The notes under the pieces were generated by a model that did not search any database, had not been told where the DNA came from, and saw only the letters and a program-made list of their open reading frames with translations. Below are positions 26,701 to 37,750 of a DNA stretch of 64,000 nucleotides, one piece after another; the first letter of the stretch is position 1; every line of letters starts with the position of its first letter. Source of the DNA: Callorhinchus milii. Taxonomy: Eukaryota. The DNA is taken from positions 11,718,001-11,782,000 of the forward strand of contig NW_024704748.1 in NCBI RefSeq assembly GCF_018977255.1, read 5' to 3'. A program made the translations under genes and the position numbers.

Positions 26701-29546
26701 AGGACCCAGAGATCAAATTATAGTCATAACATCTTTCAGAGCATCTTAATATTGCATAATCTCATAATGCCATACGTTTCTGCACACAGATTTCTACTAT
26801 TGTGCATTACGAATAAGACCCAAACCTCAGGTGAGCATTGTAAGAACATTTCTAAAAAGGAGTATGCTATGATTCTGAAGTGCAAATATTAAATATCATA
26901 TTACTCTTGCAACTCATGCCAAAAATTCTAATTTCTACAGGAGTGATGACAGTTAGAAACAACTGTGATGATATTCATAAACACAAGGCAGCTGACTGCA
27001 TAGTCTATGAAGCAGAAGACCTAATGTTCCACAAGAGGGAGAATAAGGGAATTTGGAGCTTATCATAAAAAAATTAAAATCTATATTCTTATCATCTCCA
27101 CATACAGATGCTCTTATTTGTGAAACATAAAGATTATAAACACTCTTCCCCAATTTTGATATTCCTTTTTCTCTTATAGTCCCCATTTATAAAATGAAAA
27201 TCTATTGTGACCTCTTAAAAGGCACTTTCTAATACACATTTTCTGTGCTGGGTTTAATGCAAATTATATTGTTAGTTTAGTCTCTTTCTTCATCCAAACA
27301 TCTAGGATGGAGAGAAGAGAATTTAGCCAGTGACACCAAAAGAATAGTACTTCATCACCAGCCGAATATGAAACACAGATATGGATAGGTCCACAATTCA
27401 GTCCATCCCATGCTCTAAATTGCCATGCAATTTAAAACGAGATTAGAAACTGAAAAGCACTATCAATATCTCTTTAAATGTGGGAGATTTTGAGGTAGCA
27501 CTAATTAAAATGTATTTAATACATTTCTATTAAATTAGTATTTGATAGAAATTTATCATTGAGCAAGAGGCAACAATATTTCCAAAGTGCACTTTGTTTC
27601 TCCAAACAGACCTACAATATATATACATAATAAACAGTGCAATCTGCTCGAAATCATGCACTGAGTGCAGTTAGTAACCGTTTTCTCACATTAGTCTTAA
27701 TAGAACATATAAGAATGTATTATATAAAATGGGTTTCTCATATATATATATTGCTAATCCAACTGCATACTTAGAAATGGAGTCAAGCTACAAGATAGTG
27801 CGATCATGATTGTGCCTCCACATTTGCAACAACTCCTGAAATATCCTTAAAAAGCAAACTATTGACCACATTTAGGAGAGAAGCAGGGCATTGCCTGTCA
27901 AATAAATTACTGTACAATTTAAAGTTTTTTTGCAGGAGAATGGAGGGCAGGGAAGACAGAGGAAGAAAGATGTACAGTTGGCCCAAAGTCCAAAGCAAAA
28001 CAAAACTGAAAATCCTAATTAGCAATCTGCCTAACACTGGGTTTATTTTCATACAAATCTCCTCTGCACTACTTTCCTGAAATCTTACACAAATCCTGTA
28101 AAATCTTTGAATGATATGAATGCTTCCTTGATGGCGTATCGGTAGCATCAATCCATACAGAATGATAGTCATCAGTTTGATTTGCAGCCTATTCTGTGTT
28201 TGCTGATTTCAGATGGGACAGCAGCAGGGAACGAGCTTTGCAAAAAAAACATAAAAAATGCAATTCCATCTCACCTTAGCCTATTAGTACAACCTTAGCA
28301 TTTAACATTGCATGGAATGGTGTAAAATTGTTCAATTAAATTTAATTTGGAAATCTGTGAAAAACCTGCTTCCAAAGATATTTTTTCTATAATTCTTACA
28401 TTTTAAAACAGTATGGTCTTGCAAGCTAATGACTGGGTGGAACTTCAGTCCCAAGACATTCATCCAGAGTTTTCACTCCAAATCACAATCGAGTGACCCC
28501 TGTAGGAAACGGTATGTCTGTGGACCTCAGGATTGATTGCATAATAAAAATAGTTATCTATTAAAATGTTAAAACGTCCTCCAACACCATTATGTGAACA
28601 TGCACTGTATATTCACTAAATTCAACTTTAAATTAGCAAACTTCTGAATTCTAAAAATATACAATATCGATTGGAACATCTTTTTCTATAAACCTTCATG
28701 ATCAAAAACAAATACAAGCAACCACAATAGCAAACACTATGCAAAATACTTCATCAGAACAACACTCTCACACCAGTACGGTCATCATGTTTGGTGAAAT
28801 TCTGAAACACAACTGATTTTATCCATCTGTATTCCAGTGGCAGATCGCTAGCTGCACAGTTACTCCTATCAGCTGCCGTAATACAGAATTTCAATATTTC
28901 GACAACCAATTGATACAGCAGCAACATACAAACTCAAACATATTGACTTCCCATTTCTGTGCTGCTTGGAAATAATATAGTATCACCCAATTTGCAACTA
29001 CTTCTATTTTGCACTGTAAAGGTGGGACAATAATAATAATCCTTGCATTTGATACAGTGCCTTATCACGTCTTCAAAAGACGGTTCAAAACGCTTCACAG
29101 AATATACTGTAAAATGAATTAATTGTATATTTAGTGGCCGAAAAAAATGCAGGTTGGGAAGGATATGGAACCACAATAAAATAATAATTCCTTTATGTTC
29201 ACATAGAACATTTTTTCATCACTATTAATGGTGTGTACTATGCAAAATATTTTTAAACAAGAAACCAGTCTACCATAAAGTCAACAAATAAATGAGATAG
29301 CAGTACAATGTTTCAAATGAAACCACGTCACACAGCTCCACATAGTTCAAACACTTTTCAAATAATTCCTTCTGTCCAGAAACTACTTAAATATAATGAT
29401 GGAAATCATCTTCAAGGTGCTACAGGATACTCCTGTAAATATAAAGTAAAGCTTCTCATTTTCCTAAATTTAGAAAAGTTAGGGAGAGGAAGAGTGTGCA
29501 TTCCATTCCAAACATTTCCATGTGTAGGGGGCATATCTTTATATCA

Positions 29547-29915
29547 GTCCGGCTCAGTTGGTGGCACTGTCATCTCTGGATCCAAAGGTGGGTTTAAGAC
29601 CCATGTCAGAACCCTTAACTTGGTCTCAGCTGACAGTCCAGTACAATGCTGGGGAGCACTGTATTGTTGAAAGTGCCTTCAACCAGATGAGATTTTAAAC
29701 AGAGGTCTGTTCAGGTGGACGTTAAAGACACCATTGCACTATTCGAAAAGAGAAGAGTTTGTCCCAGTGTCTTGGCCAACAGTCCCCCAGATAAAAATTG
29801 GGCAGTAATTTTGTGGCTATTTGTCATGCACAAAAATTGCTGCTGTGTTCGCATACAAAATACACTGTCATGACACTTTACAGTAATTCCTGTGAAACAC
29901 TTCAAGATGTCCTCT
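29547..29915 (+). mobile_element. DeuSINE-like element (tRNA head plus Deu domain)
   Basis: GGCTCAGTTGG A box, then GATGAGATTTTAAACAGAGGTC...GTTAAAGACACCATTGCACTATTCGAA...GTGTCTTGGCCAA, resembling the AmnSINE1/SacSINE1 Deu domain. Confidence 0.7.
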
Positions 29916-30038
29916 TATTGAAGACTCTTAAACATACTGATGGGTTTCTACATGTGTCAGGGACACCCAAATGACCAAATAAAATACACAGAAGTCTAAA
30001 TAAGGTTACTAAACTACAAAATCCACTTAAAACTGTAC

Positions 30039-31088
30039 CTGTTCTCATCCATCTTTTGTGGTTTCCTTCCCAAGTATCGAAAATGATCCGTAATTTTTTT
30101 GGCCACCTTTGTAGGACCCTTCATTTTCCCCAACTGTGTAGATGAACTGGATGGTGATGGATTTATCGGTTGCTCTGGCTTCAGTACTTCACGTGTCCCA
30201 TCCTTTAAAGCACCAAATACTTTTGTCTGTGCCTTTGAGAATTGGTCTCCACAGAAATATTTTGATACACCATCAACTTCTATCATGTTTTCATCTTTTT
30301 TATTGGGGGAGTAAGCATAAACACGGTTAGCCTGCTGTGCAGAAGCATGCTCAGCTCCTGCTTCTTTTGAAGATATGCCAGTAACTTCTGTTTCTGACAT
30401 AAGGGAATTATTATTTGAATTATCCCTCTTCATTGGCGAGGTAATTTCACTTATATTCTTAACAGAATGAGACTCTATTAAGCCACCCTTGCCTTCTTTT
30501 CCAGTCCCGCTTGGACCAGCTAAATGTTGTTCGCAATCAAAATCAGATAAGGGACTCTCAGGAACAGTGTCAATCTCAGCAATTTGATCTTCATCTGTGT
30601 CTAGAACATCAAAGTCACTTATTGGCTCACCAGTTTTAGTTTGCCTTGAAACTTCAGTACTATTGTGTTTAATTATCCAAGTGTCAAGTGTCTTGCATTT
30701 TTTCTTATCTGGAATAACGCTTTTACGCTTTTCTCTGAAGTCAGAGCCTTCTATCTTGGTGTTTGGTAGTTTTTGGTTATCTCCAGCACTTCCAGAACTG
30801 CACCTGTGCTGTGCATTTCTGCTGGTCTGTTCAGACGTATCAGGCTGTGAACCCAAGGGGTCTTTCTCTTTTCTAATTTCTTCAGACTCTACACACTCAG
30901 TTTTCTCCCTGGTTTTATAATTTTTAGATTCAATTTCTGAACTGCTGAGTCGATTATTTCGAAATTGTGCGTGATGACGAACCGTTTCAGAATCTTTGAG
31001 ACCACTTTCTTGAGACGTTTCTTTCAATTTTGTGTTGTGCGAATACGACTCATCTTTGATTTTTAGTGTTTGCTTAGTGTGTTGCATA
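30039..31088 (-). CDS. PARG: PARG coding exon 3 (1050 nt; large disordered regulatory region)
   Basis: Lies inside ORF 30014..31132. Acceptor ttttgcag|T ATG CAA, donor AAC AG|gtacag. Contains the PARG motifs EIDTVPESPLSD and KITDHF; phase 2/2. Confidence 0.92.
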
Positions 31089-31881
31089 CTGCAAAACAAA
31101 AGTTCAAATGAAGAACATTTTACCTGGTACACAAAAATATAGCATTCGATAAGCAGAATAAACCACCCAAAATTTAAATTTTTTCTAATCGCTCATCCTC
31201 AAATTACAAGGCTGGAAACTGGCTCACTTGAACCATTTCATTATTAGCTAGCTCTGATGGAATTTTCACAATTGGAAATATGCACAGCATAAAATTAATA
31301 ATAGTGACATTGAAGAGCACAACATAACCACCTAAGATGAACATCAATTAAAGGGGTAAATTAAAAGATAATCAAAATCTTAACATGTTCAATGTTAATA
31401 TTTCAAAATAGCTTTGAATGATACAACTAAAATTTCATTTCTCTGCTTCATTTATCACTTAATACCAATACTTTCCACAAGTCAATGTGTGGTAATGAAA
31501 ATAAATTAAAGACACAGATCAATCTCTGAGATGAGAACAATTTATATATGCTTTGATGGGTGTAGTATTCATATTTACTGTTATTTTTATTTGTATGTGG
31601 CTGCAGCTTTAAAGAACATAAAAGTTCTGTGAACTCAAATTACTAAACACCTGAACATGTTTGGAGTCGCCTGCAAAAAGCCAAAGCCACAAAGAATATA
31701 TTGCTAAATTTATACAAACTTGCTTTATATCCTGGGCAAGCTTACTGTATGTGAGCACAATATATAAACTGAATAAGCTCAACCCATGTAAAAGATACCT
31801 TACAGACATTTTCATTATAGAATGTCCAACAATAATAGATATGCACATACTCTGGTTTAACAAATTTATAAAGACTCATAC

Positions 31882-31948
31882 CTGGCCTGGTCCATGGTTA
31901 AATCCGCACATCTGTTAACAGGCAAATCTGCACAGTTCAGTTTGTTGA
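31882..31948 (-). CDS. PARG: PARG coding exon 2 (67 nt)
   Basis: ttttgcag|TC-NKLNCADLPVNRCADLTMDQA-AG|gtatga. Supplies exactly the phase 1->2 bridge required between its neighbours; the peptide itself is not recognisably conserved. Confidence 0.75.
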
Positions 31949-33990
31949 CTGCAAAATATGATACGCTTTTTAATGTTCATAGTTTCAGCATTTTTAAAAT
32001 ATCAAATGTAAATTATATGTCACTGAATTTCTGGTCATGCTGACCACTACCGAAACTGTTATCTTTAAACCTTCACATAATGAATGAATTGAGAATCAAA
32101 CAACTTTACAATGTACAAGAAGGCTATTTGTCCCATCGAGTCTGTGCTGGCTGAATAAGAGAAATCCTTGTCCCATTTATCCACCCTTACTCCTTTTACA
32201 ACACAACAACTTGCATTTATGTAGTGCCTTCACGTGGGGTAGCAACTCAGAGAGCTTTAAGATATTCCTTTTTAGTTATCTATCTTGAAAGAAAATCTTG
32301 AATTCTACTTTGACTACTGCTCCTTGCGGGGCATTCCAAGTCCAAACAGTTTAAAATAAATCCTCCTGATCTGCCCTTTTGCTCCTTTGGGAATTAACTT
32401 AAATTGATGCTCATTTGTCACTGACCAGAGGAAAGGTTTAAAAACTCTGGTTGTAAATATGAAAGAGCAATCTATTTGCATCATTATTAAACAGCCTGCT
32501 CTCTGACGTAAAGGACAACCAATGTACAACCAATAGGGTTTCTGCTTTTTTAGCAGGACACTCTCAAACCTATTTTTTGAGTAAGCGAGACAAGAAATAG
32601 CATGAACTTTCTCTGATCGCACAAGATAAAAGTGTAGTGAAAGGAGAATAATAAAGATCATATCCCAGAATAATATCACTCTGCTATTAAGATTGGCTAA
32701 GATAGTTCTTCTTTATCAAGTCAAATAGTCTGTCAGGAGTTTTGATTAAGGGTTTTGAAAGTATTGATCTGAGCACAATTAAATTACATATATTAAACAT
32801 AATGCTATATTATTCCAGGTCCTGCCGATGAGCCACGGATGCTGTCATCAGGAATGCCCTGGAATACTGTAGACCTGCCTGGCTCAGGAACCAAACTACT
32901 AAGACTGTAAAAAACGGCTGGCTCAATTCCAACAGTCCATTGCCAAGCATGTTCACTTTGGAGCCAGTTCAGCTCCAAGGAGACCCTGCTTACCTTCCCC
33001 CCCCAACCCACCCCACCCCCGGAGGATAGTCACGAGTTGGTCGTTAGACATCCGTCAAGTGTGGGTTTGAGCCCTCACAAGGTGGATTGTAGGTACAAGG
33101 AACTCCCTGCAAGCTTCCTGGTTGGCAACGCATCTCAGCATGAAATGTGATATTGCCACTGTCTTTCTGTCCGCAGCTCAGGCACCACTGAGCGATGATT
33201 CCACCAGTTGGAGGTGTGGCGTTTAAGCAGCAGCTGCTTGCCTCGCTGCAGGCCAATTAAGGTGGGTTGCAGGCACATCAGGTAACGCCTTCCAGCAACT
33301 GTCGCAGATAGAAGTCCCAAGATATTTGTAGTGAGTCAGATAAGGATTTCTTATGATAAACCCTGGCTATGGTGCAGATTATTGCTATCCAGTATAGTGT
33401 TCTGTTCTATCCAGAGACTTTGGCTTTTGAGTGTGCTTAAAAGGTTCCATAAGGCCTGTAATCATTAGGTACATAACCTCATGGGCTCTTGCTTTGTAAG
33501 TATCAACAACAAAATATAAACACAACAATCATTGTTTATCAACAAATCAATTTCAGAATGTTACATCAATATAAACAATTGGAGTTCCCAATTTCAATGT
33601 GGACTTTAGAGGAAGCTTCTGTCCAGAAATTAAGCTCTGTGTGAACTCATACCATGAACTCTTTCAGAAGAAAATCAGATTGGTGTTGAAGGACAGAATC
33701 TGTATGAATCCCAAGCTTAAATCAACAGGCGAGAGACTTGAACAACGGGCACCAAGTTAATAACTGTAGTTAGCATGGTTCCAACCACAGAATAAGTTGG
33801 GAGGCTTTTTAATTAAACGATAATAGATACAATTTGGAATGGGTATTGTCCATTGTGGAAGGTGTGAAGATGCTATTCATAAGTTCCTTGTAATTCCTTG
33901 AATATTGCACTGGTGGTCAAACAACGCTCCCCTATTATGGAGACACTGTACTGAGGAGAATGGGGCCTGTCGGTTACAGACCTTTCCTAC

Positions 33991-34156
33991 CTGCTGAAAT
34001 GTTTGCAGTTTTTCCCTCTGGGCTCCCCTGTGGTAGACAGTGCTGGAGTCCCTTGTTGGTGGTGGGAGAGGAGCGCTGCTGCTGCTGTGCAGCAGATGGA
34101 CAAACTTCCAGTCTCAATCTTTTCCTTGTGGGTTCATCATCAGACACTGAGCTCAT
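33991..34156 (-). CDS. PARG: PARG first coding exon with ATG and NLS-like RKRLR
   Basis: Long pyrimidine tract ...aaccaag|C ATG; MSSVSDDEPTRKRLRLEV...ISA-G|gtagga. EPTRKRLR resembles the human N-terminal EPCTKRPRW NLS. Confidence 0.8.
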
Positions 34157-34213
34157 GCTTGGTTTAAAAAAAATGGAAAAGAGAGAAGTGGGGGAGGGTG
34201 GGGGGGTGTGGAA

Positions 34214-34239
34214 GAGACAGACAGACAGACAGACAGACA
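34214..34239. repeat. (GACA)n microsatellite (also (GACT)n ~35047, (CAT)n ~35293, (GA)n ~35507, (ATGG)n ~3418)
   Basis: Directly visible tandem units. Confidence 0.9.
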
Positions 34240-34445
34240 GGAATACAATAAATTAAGCTTCACTCATCAATGCACTTTTCTGTGAAGCACTTTGAGATGG
34301 TTTTGTGATGAGGCGCTGTACCAAGTGCAAGGATTATTAACTATTAATAATAATCCTTGAATTAGACAAACCACTTTATCACATCTTCAAAACATCTCAA
34401 AGCAATTCACATTATATACTGCAAAGTGAATTGACTGTATATTGT

Positions 34446-34801
34446 GGAGTCCTGTAGCTCAGTAGTTAAGAGCACTCGCTTTGCAAATGAGACCCGGGTT
34501 CAGTTCCCGGCAGGGCGAAATGTTTGGCAAGTTTCCTTACTCCACACACGTCTGTTTACCTCGCAGTAAGTAGGAACCCGGTTGTTAGTCGATTTGGTGG
34601 ATGGCCTTTCCGGGAGCAATAATTCACTTTACAGAAAAAAAATGCAGTCGCTCAATCAATCCACGACCTTTTGTGGGACACCGCTGTGCGCGACAGTCGC
34701 CCGCAAAATGTACAGTTAACCACAGTATACAGTGTGTTCTGTGAAGCACCTCGAGACGCCTCAGAAGATGCGACAATGAGGTGCTATATCAAACGCGAGG
34801 A
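34446..34801 (+). mobile_element. Near full-length tRNA-derived SINE (family with L2-like tail)
   Basis: A box TAGCTCAGTAG, B box GGTTCAGTTCC. Body and tail (…GCTATATCAAA…) are shared with many copies in the window. Confidence 0.85.
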
Positions 34802-34958
34802 CTTGGCTCCTGTCGAGCGTTATTTCCGAACAGTATTTTGTCCACAACATACCATAGAGAAGTGGGGGAGGGTGGGGGTGTGTGGAAGGACAAAATATGT
34901 TGTGGTGGTATGTTGTGGACAAAATACTGTTCGGAAATAATGCTCGACAGGAGCCAAG
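34802..34958. repeat. 53-bp palindrome/hairpin with 51-nt loop
   Basis: Arms 34802-34854 and 34906-34958 are reverse complements with one mismatch. Confidence 0.95.
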
Positions 34959-35079
34959 AGTGCTGACTGGATACAGGTGAGAGCCTGAGGGTGGCTCTGC
35001 CTCAGAGGGTGGGGGGGGGGCTGCCAGATGGGCTGCTTTGGCTTCACTGACTGACTGACTGACTGACGGCCAAAGCAGC

Positions 35080-35700
35080 GCCACCATCAACAGCACCAGT
35101 TACCCACCACCAACATGGCCGTTCAGGACCGGCCCCGGACCCCCGGCCCCCGGGCCCCCGCCCGGGATAACCGGCGCGTCTCGCGAGCGCTTCGGCCTCG
35201 ACACCGAAAAGCACCGCAAGCAACTTCGGGGTGAACTTTTAACTCCGGGGCCGAGGCCCAGGGCCCGACCCTAATGGGGTGGTGGTGGTTCTTCATCATC
35301 ATCATCATCTTCATCCTCCTCCTCCTCTACCCACACACACACACCTCCTTAATCACTACCCTCCTCCCGACACCAATCGTATTATCGCCGCACTTTTGTA
35401 CCTCTCCGGGCCTCTACTCCCTTGTCTCCCTGGTGCTGGCGGCCGTCGGCTGCTGACTGGCTGACGCCGCTCGGTCGGGGCAGAGCGGGTGGGCGAACCG
35501 GGGGCAGAGAGAGAGAGAGATAGAGAGGGAGGGAGAGGGAGAGGGGAGGAGGAGGAGGAGTCCGGGCCCCGGCAAACTACATCTCCCAGCATGCTCGGCG
35601 CCACCAACCGCCACGGCGGGCGGCGCCTCAGCCAATCACCTGCAGAGGTGGCCTGGTTTCTTCGCCCCGCCCCCCCCACCATCACCACCCACCCACCCCC
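35080..35700 (-). promoter_or_regulatory. CpG-island promoter of PARG
   Basis: High GC/CpG content. ACTACATCTCCCAGCATGC (ZNF143/THAP11 composite) 35576-35594, CCAAT 35632-35636, GC box ~35665, TCTCGCGAG 35179-35187, YY1-like CAACATGGC ~35111. Confidence 0.8.
35402..35560 (-). other. PARG: Putative non-coding first exon (5'UTR) of PARG
   Basis: Donor GAG|gtacaa at 35401 inside the CpG island, just downstream of the ZNF143/CCAAT elements. No ATG seen. TSS position approximate. Confidence 0.6.
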
Positions 35701-35754
35701 TCCATGTCTCACCAGATTGCAGTGGCCTCCAATGCAAAATAAAGTGAATGATCA

Positions 35755-36065
35755 TGTAATGATAATAATCCTCGCACTTGATGTAGCGACTGATCACGTC
35801 TTCGGGAGATCACGGAATGCACTGTAACGTGAATTAATGAACTGTATGGTGTGGGCAAAACGCAGCAGCCAATTGCGCACAGCAGTGTCCCACACAAACA
35901 GTCGTGGATTGAGCGACCGATTTATTATCATTAGGTTTTTTTTTGAAGGGATTATTACACCCGGAAAAGCGATCTGCCAGCCGACTAACAACCGTGTTCC
36001 TACTTACTGCTCGTTAAACAGGCATGTGGAGGAAGTAAACTTGCCCAGCGTTTTGCCCTGCCCAC
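35755..36065 (-). mobile_element. SINE copy (same family) between the two promoters
   Basis: ATAATAATCCT tail, then reverse complement of the body seen at 34500-34800. Confidence 0.8.
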
Positions 36066-36959
36066 CAATCAAAAACAGTCCTCTGGCTTGCCCTTAGAAA
36101 AATTCCACAAATTATTTTTTTTCCCTCGCTTGGGATGTGTACGATTCAGAATGCCTCTGGGCATTTGTTTTTTTAAAATCAAAGTTCACTGACTGTATAA
36201 TTAGGTTGGCAAACTATCGGCTCATCTGCAACAGCCAAGTGCCACAAATGATGAGATGTCTTGACATGTAATGAAACCCATCACCGTGCTTAGGAGTATC
36301 CAAACCAAACCGAGTGGTCCATGCATTCCACTTACACATGGAAATTCCAGAGATATTTATTGGAATGGAATGCACACTCACTCCCTGGAGGGACAGCAAC
36401 ACACTGCAATTATATAGCACCTTTCACAATCAGAAGGATGTCCCAAGGCATCCTGCTTACCCAATTAAGCAAAATATTAGGCGTAGGTTGCCAAGGCTTG
36501 GGGGACCCCAGTATTCAAGGTCAAATACTAATAATCCTTTCATTTGATATAGCGCCTTATCACGTCTTCGAGATGTCTCAAAGCGCCTTCACGGTAAAGC
36601 GCAAAGCGACTGGACTCTATATTTGTGGGCGAAAATCCTGGATTTGCCGACAGCATCGAATCCAGGCCCCATTATTCCCACCTTTTCGTTCGGTCGGACC
36701 TGACCTCCGAACGATTTCCCGTGAAAATTCCTTTCTCGCCAACCAACATTTATTTCCACTTGGGTTTCGACATGAAACCCACCACACCTGGTGGTGGTGG
36801 TGGTGGGGGGCTGTGGAGGGGGAGAGGCTGAGGGTGGTGGGGGGGGGGAGTAAAGATCTACTTTGCTTTCGGTGGGTGCCCTTTTTTGTTGGAAAAAGAA
36901 AAGAAACGCCGAATCCCTTCCTTTCTGTCTCTCTCACTCCCTCTTCCTGTCTCTCTTGT

Positions 36960-37750
36960 GTGTGTTTTCTCTTTTACACGTCATTTCCAATCAGGCAGTC
37001 GCGGGGGCCCACCCCCTCAGTGAATATTATTGGCTGGCGCGGGGTCCTTCTTCCTTTTCCGAGGCCGGCGGAGAGACCGACAGCAGCAGCGAAGATGGTG
37101 GGTGAGAGAGGCCGAACAAATCCCGTCGCAATCAGCCCCGCGAACCGGCCATCCGGACCCGGACCCGGGCTCGGCCGCCGGCGGGGCGTCCGCCGGGTGT
37201 ACCGGCGGCGAGATTTAATGGCGTGGCGGGTTCGGCCACCGGCTCCGGTCGTTTACTTTTCATGATTGGCTCCCGAGCGGCCTGGGCCTGGGCCCTGGGC
37301 CCTGGGCCTCGGGGAGGCAGCCCCTCCGTCATGGCGAACTGCCCGAAACGTGTTTGCGCTCGGGCCCGGCGGGGCTTCTCTGCGGGAAATAATCCGCTCG
37401 GTTCTCTCTTTCAGCGGCTTGCGCCCCCCCTCCCTCTCTCCCCCCCCAAAAAAAAACCCCGGGTGTTCGTGGCGAAGAGTCGCTTGAACCCCCCCCTCCT
37501 CCTCCTCCTCCTCCATCCCCCAGGTACCGCTGTGCCCTCTGAGCCCCACTCTGGTCAGGACTCTGCACTCGCTGCGTTTCGGTCCAACTGCAGAAAAGAA
37601 AAGTTTTTGCCGCATTCGGTTATCCTCGAGTCGGTGCTCTTGGCGGGAATGTCCTGTGGCAGTTTTTTTTTAAAAAAAAACAACCCCGATGTCATGTCCC
37701 GATTGATCCATTCGTTTTGAATACCCCGTGAAACGATTGCCCGAAGGATG
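36960..37750 (+). promoter_or_regulatory. CpG-island/TCT (5'TOP) promoter of RPS24
   Basis: Pyrimidine run CCTTCTTCCTTTTCC 37046-37060, AT-rich TATA-like AATATTAT ~37023, CCAAT ~36987 and ATTGG ~37029, YY1-like ATGGCG elements in intron 1. Confidence 0.85.
37095..37097 (+). CDS. RPS24: RPS24 exon 1 coding part (ATG only)
   Basis: GAAGATG|gtgggt about 45 nt downstream of the TOP tract. An ATG-only first exon is typical of RPS24. Confidence 0.88.

Noticed and set aside
30014-31132. 372-aa ORF as a stand-alone gene
   Set aside because: It is PARG's large internal exon; the ORF ends extend past the splice sites into introns.
34446-34520. tRNA-like sequence with A and B boxes
   Set aside because: No complete cloverleaf or acceptor stem; it continues into a repeated SINE body.
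36690-36745. Minus-strand peptide KEFSREIVRR faintly like POLR3A exon 1 (MVKEQFRETDVAKK)
   Set aside because: No ATG, weak similarity, and no further POLR3A exons in the window.
36321-37720. Long ORFs (314 aa, 165 aa and others) over the promoter region
   Set aside because: They run through SINE and low-complexity GC-rich DNA and across RPS24 exon 1, with no recognisable protein; typical CpG-island artefacts.
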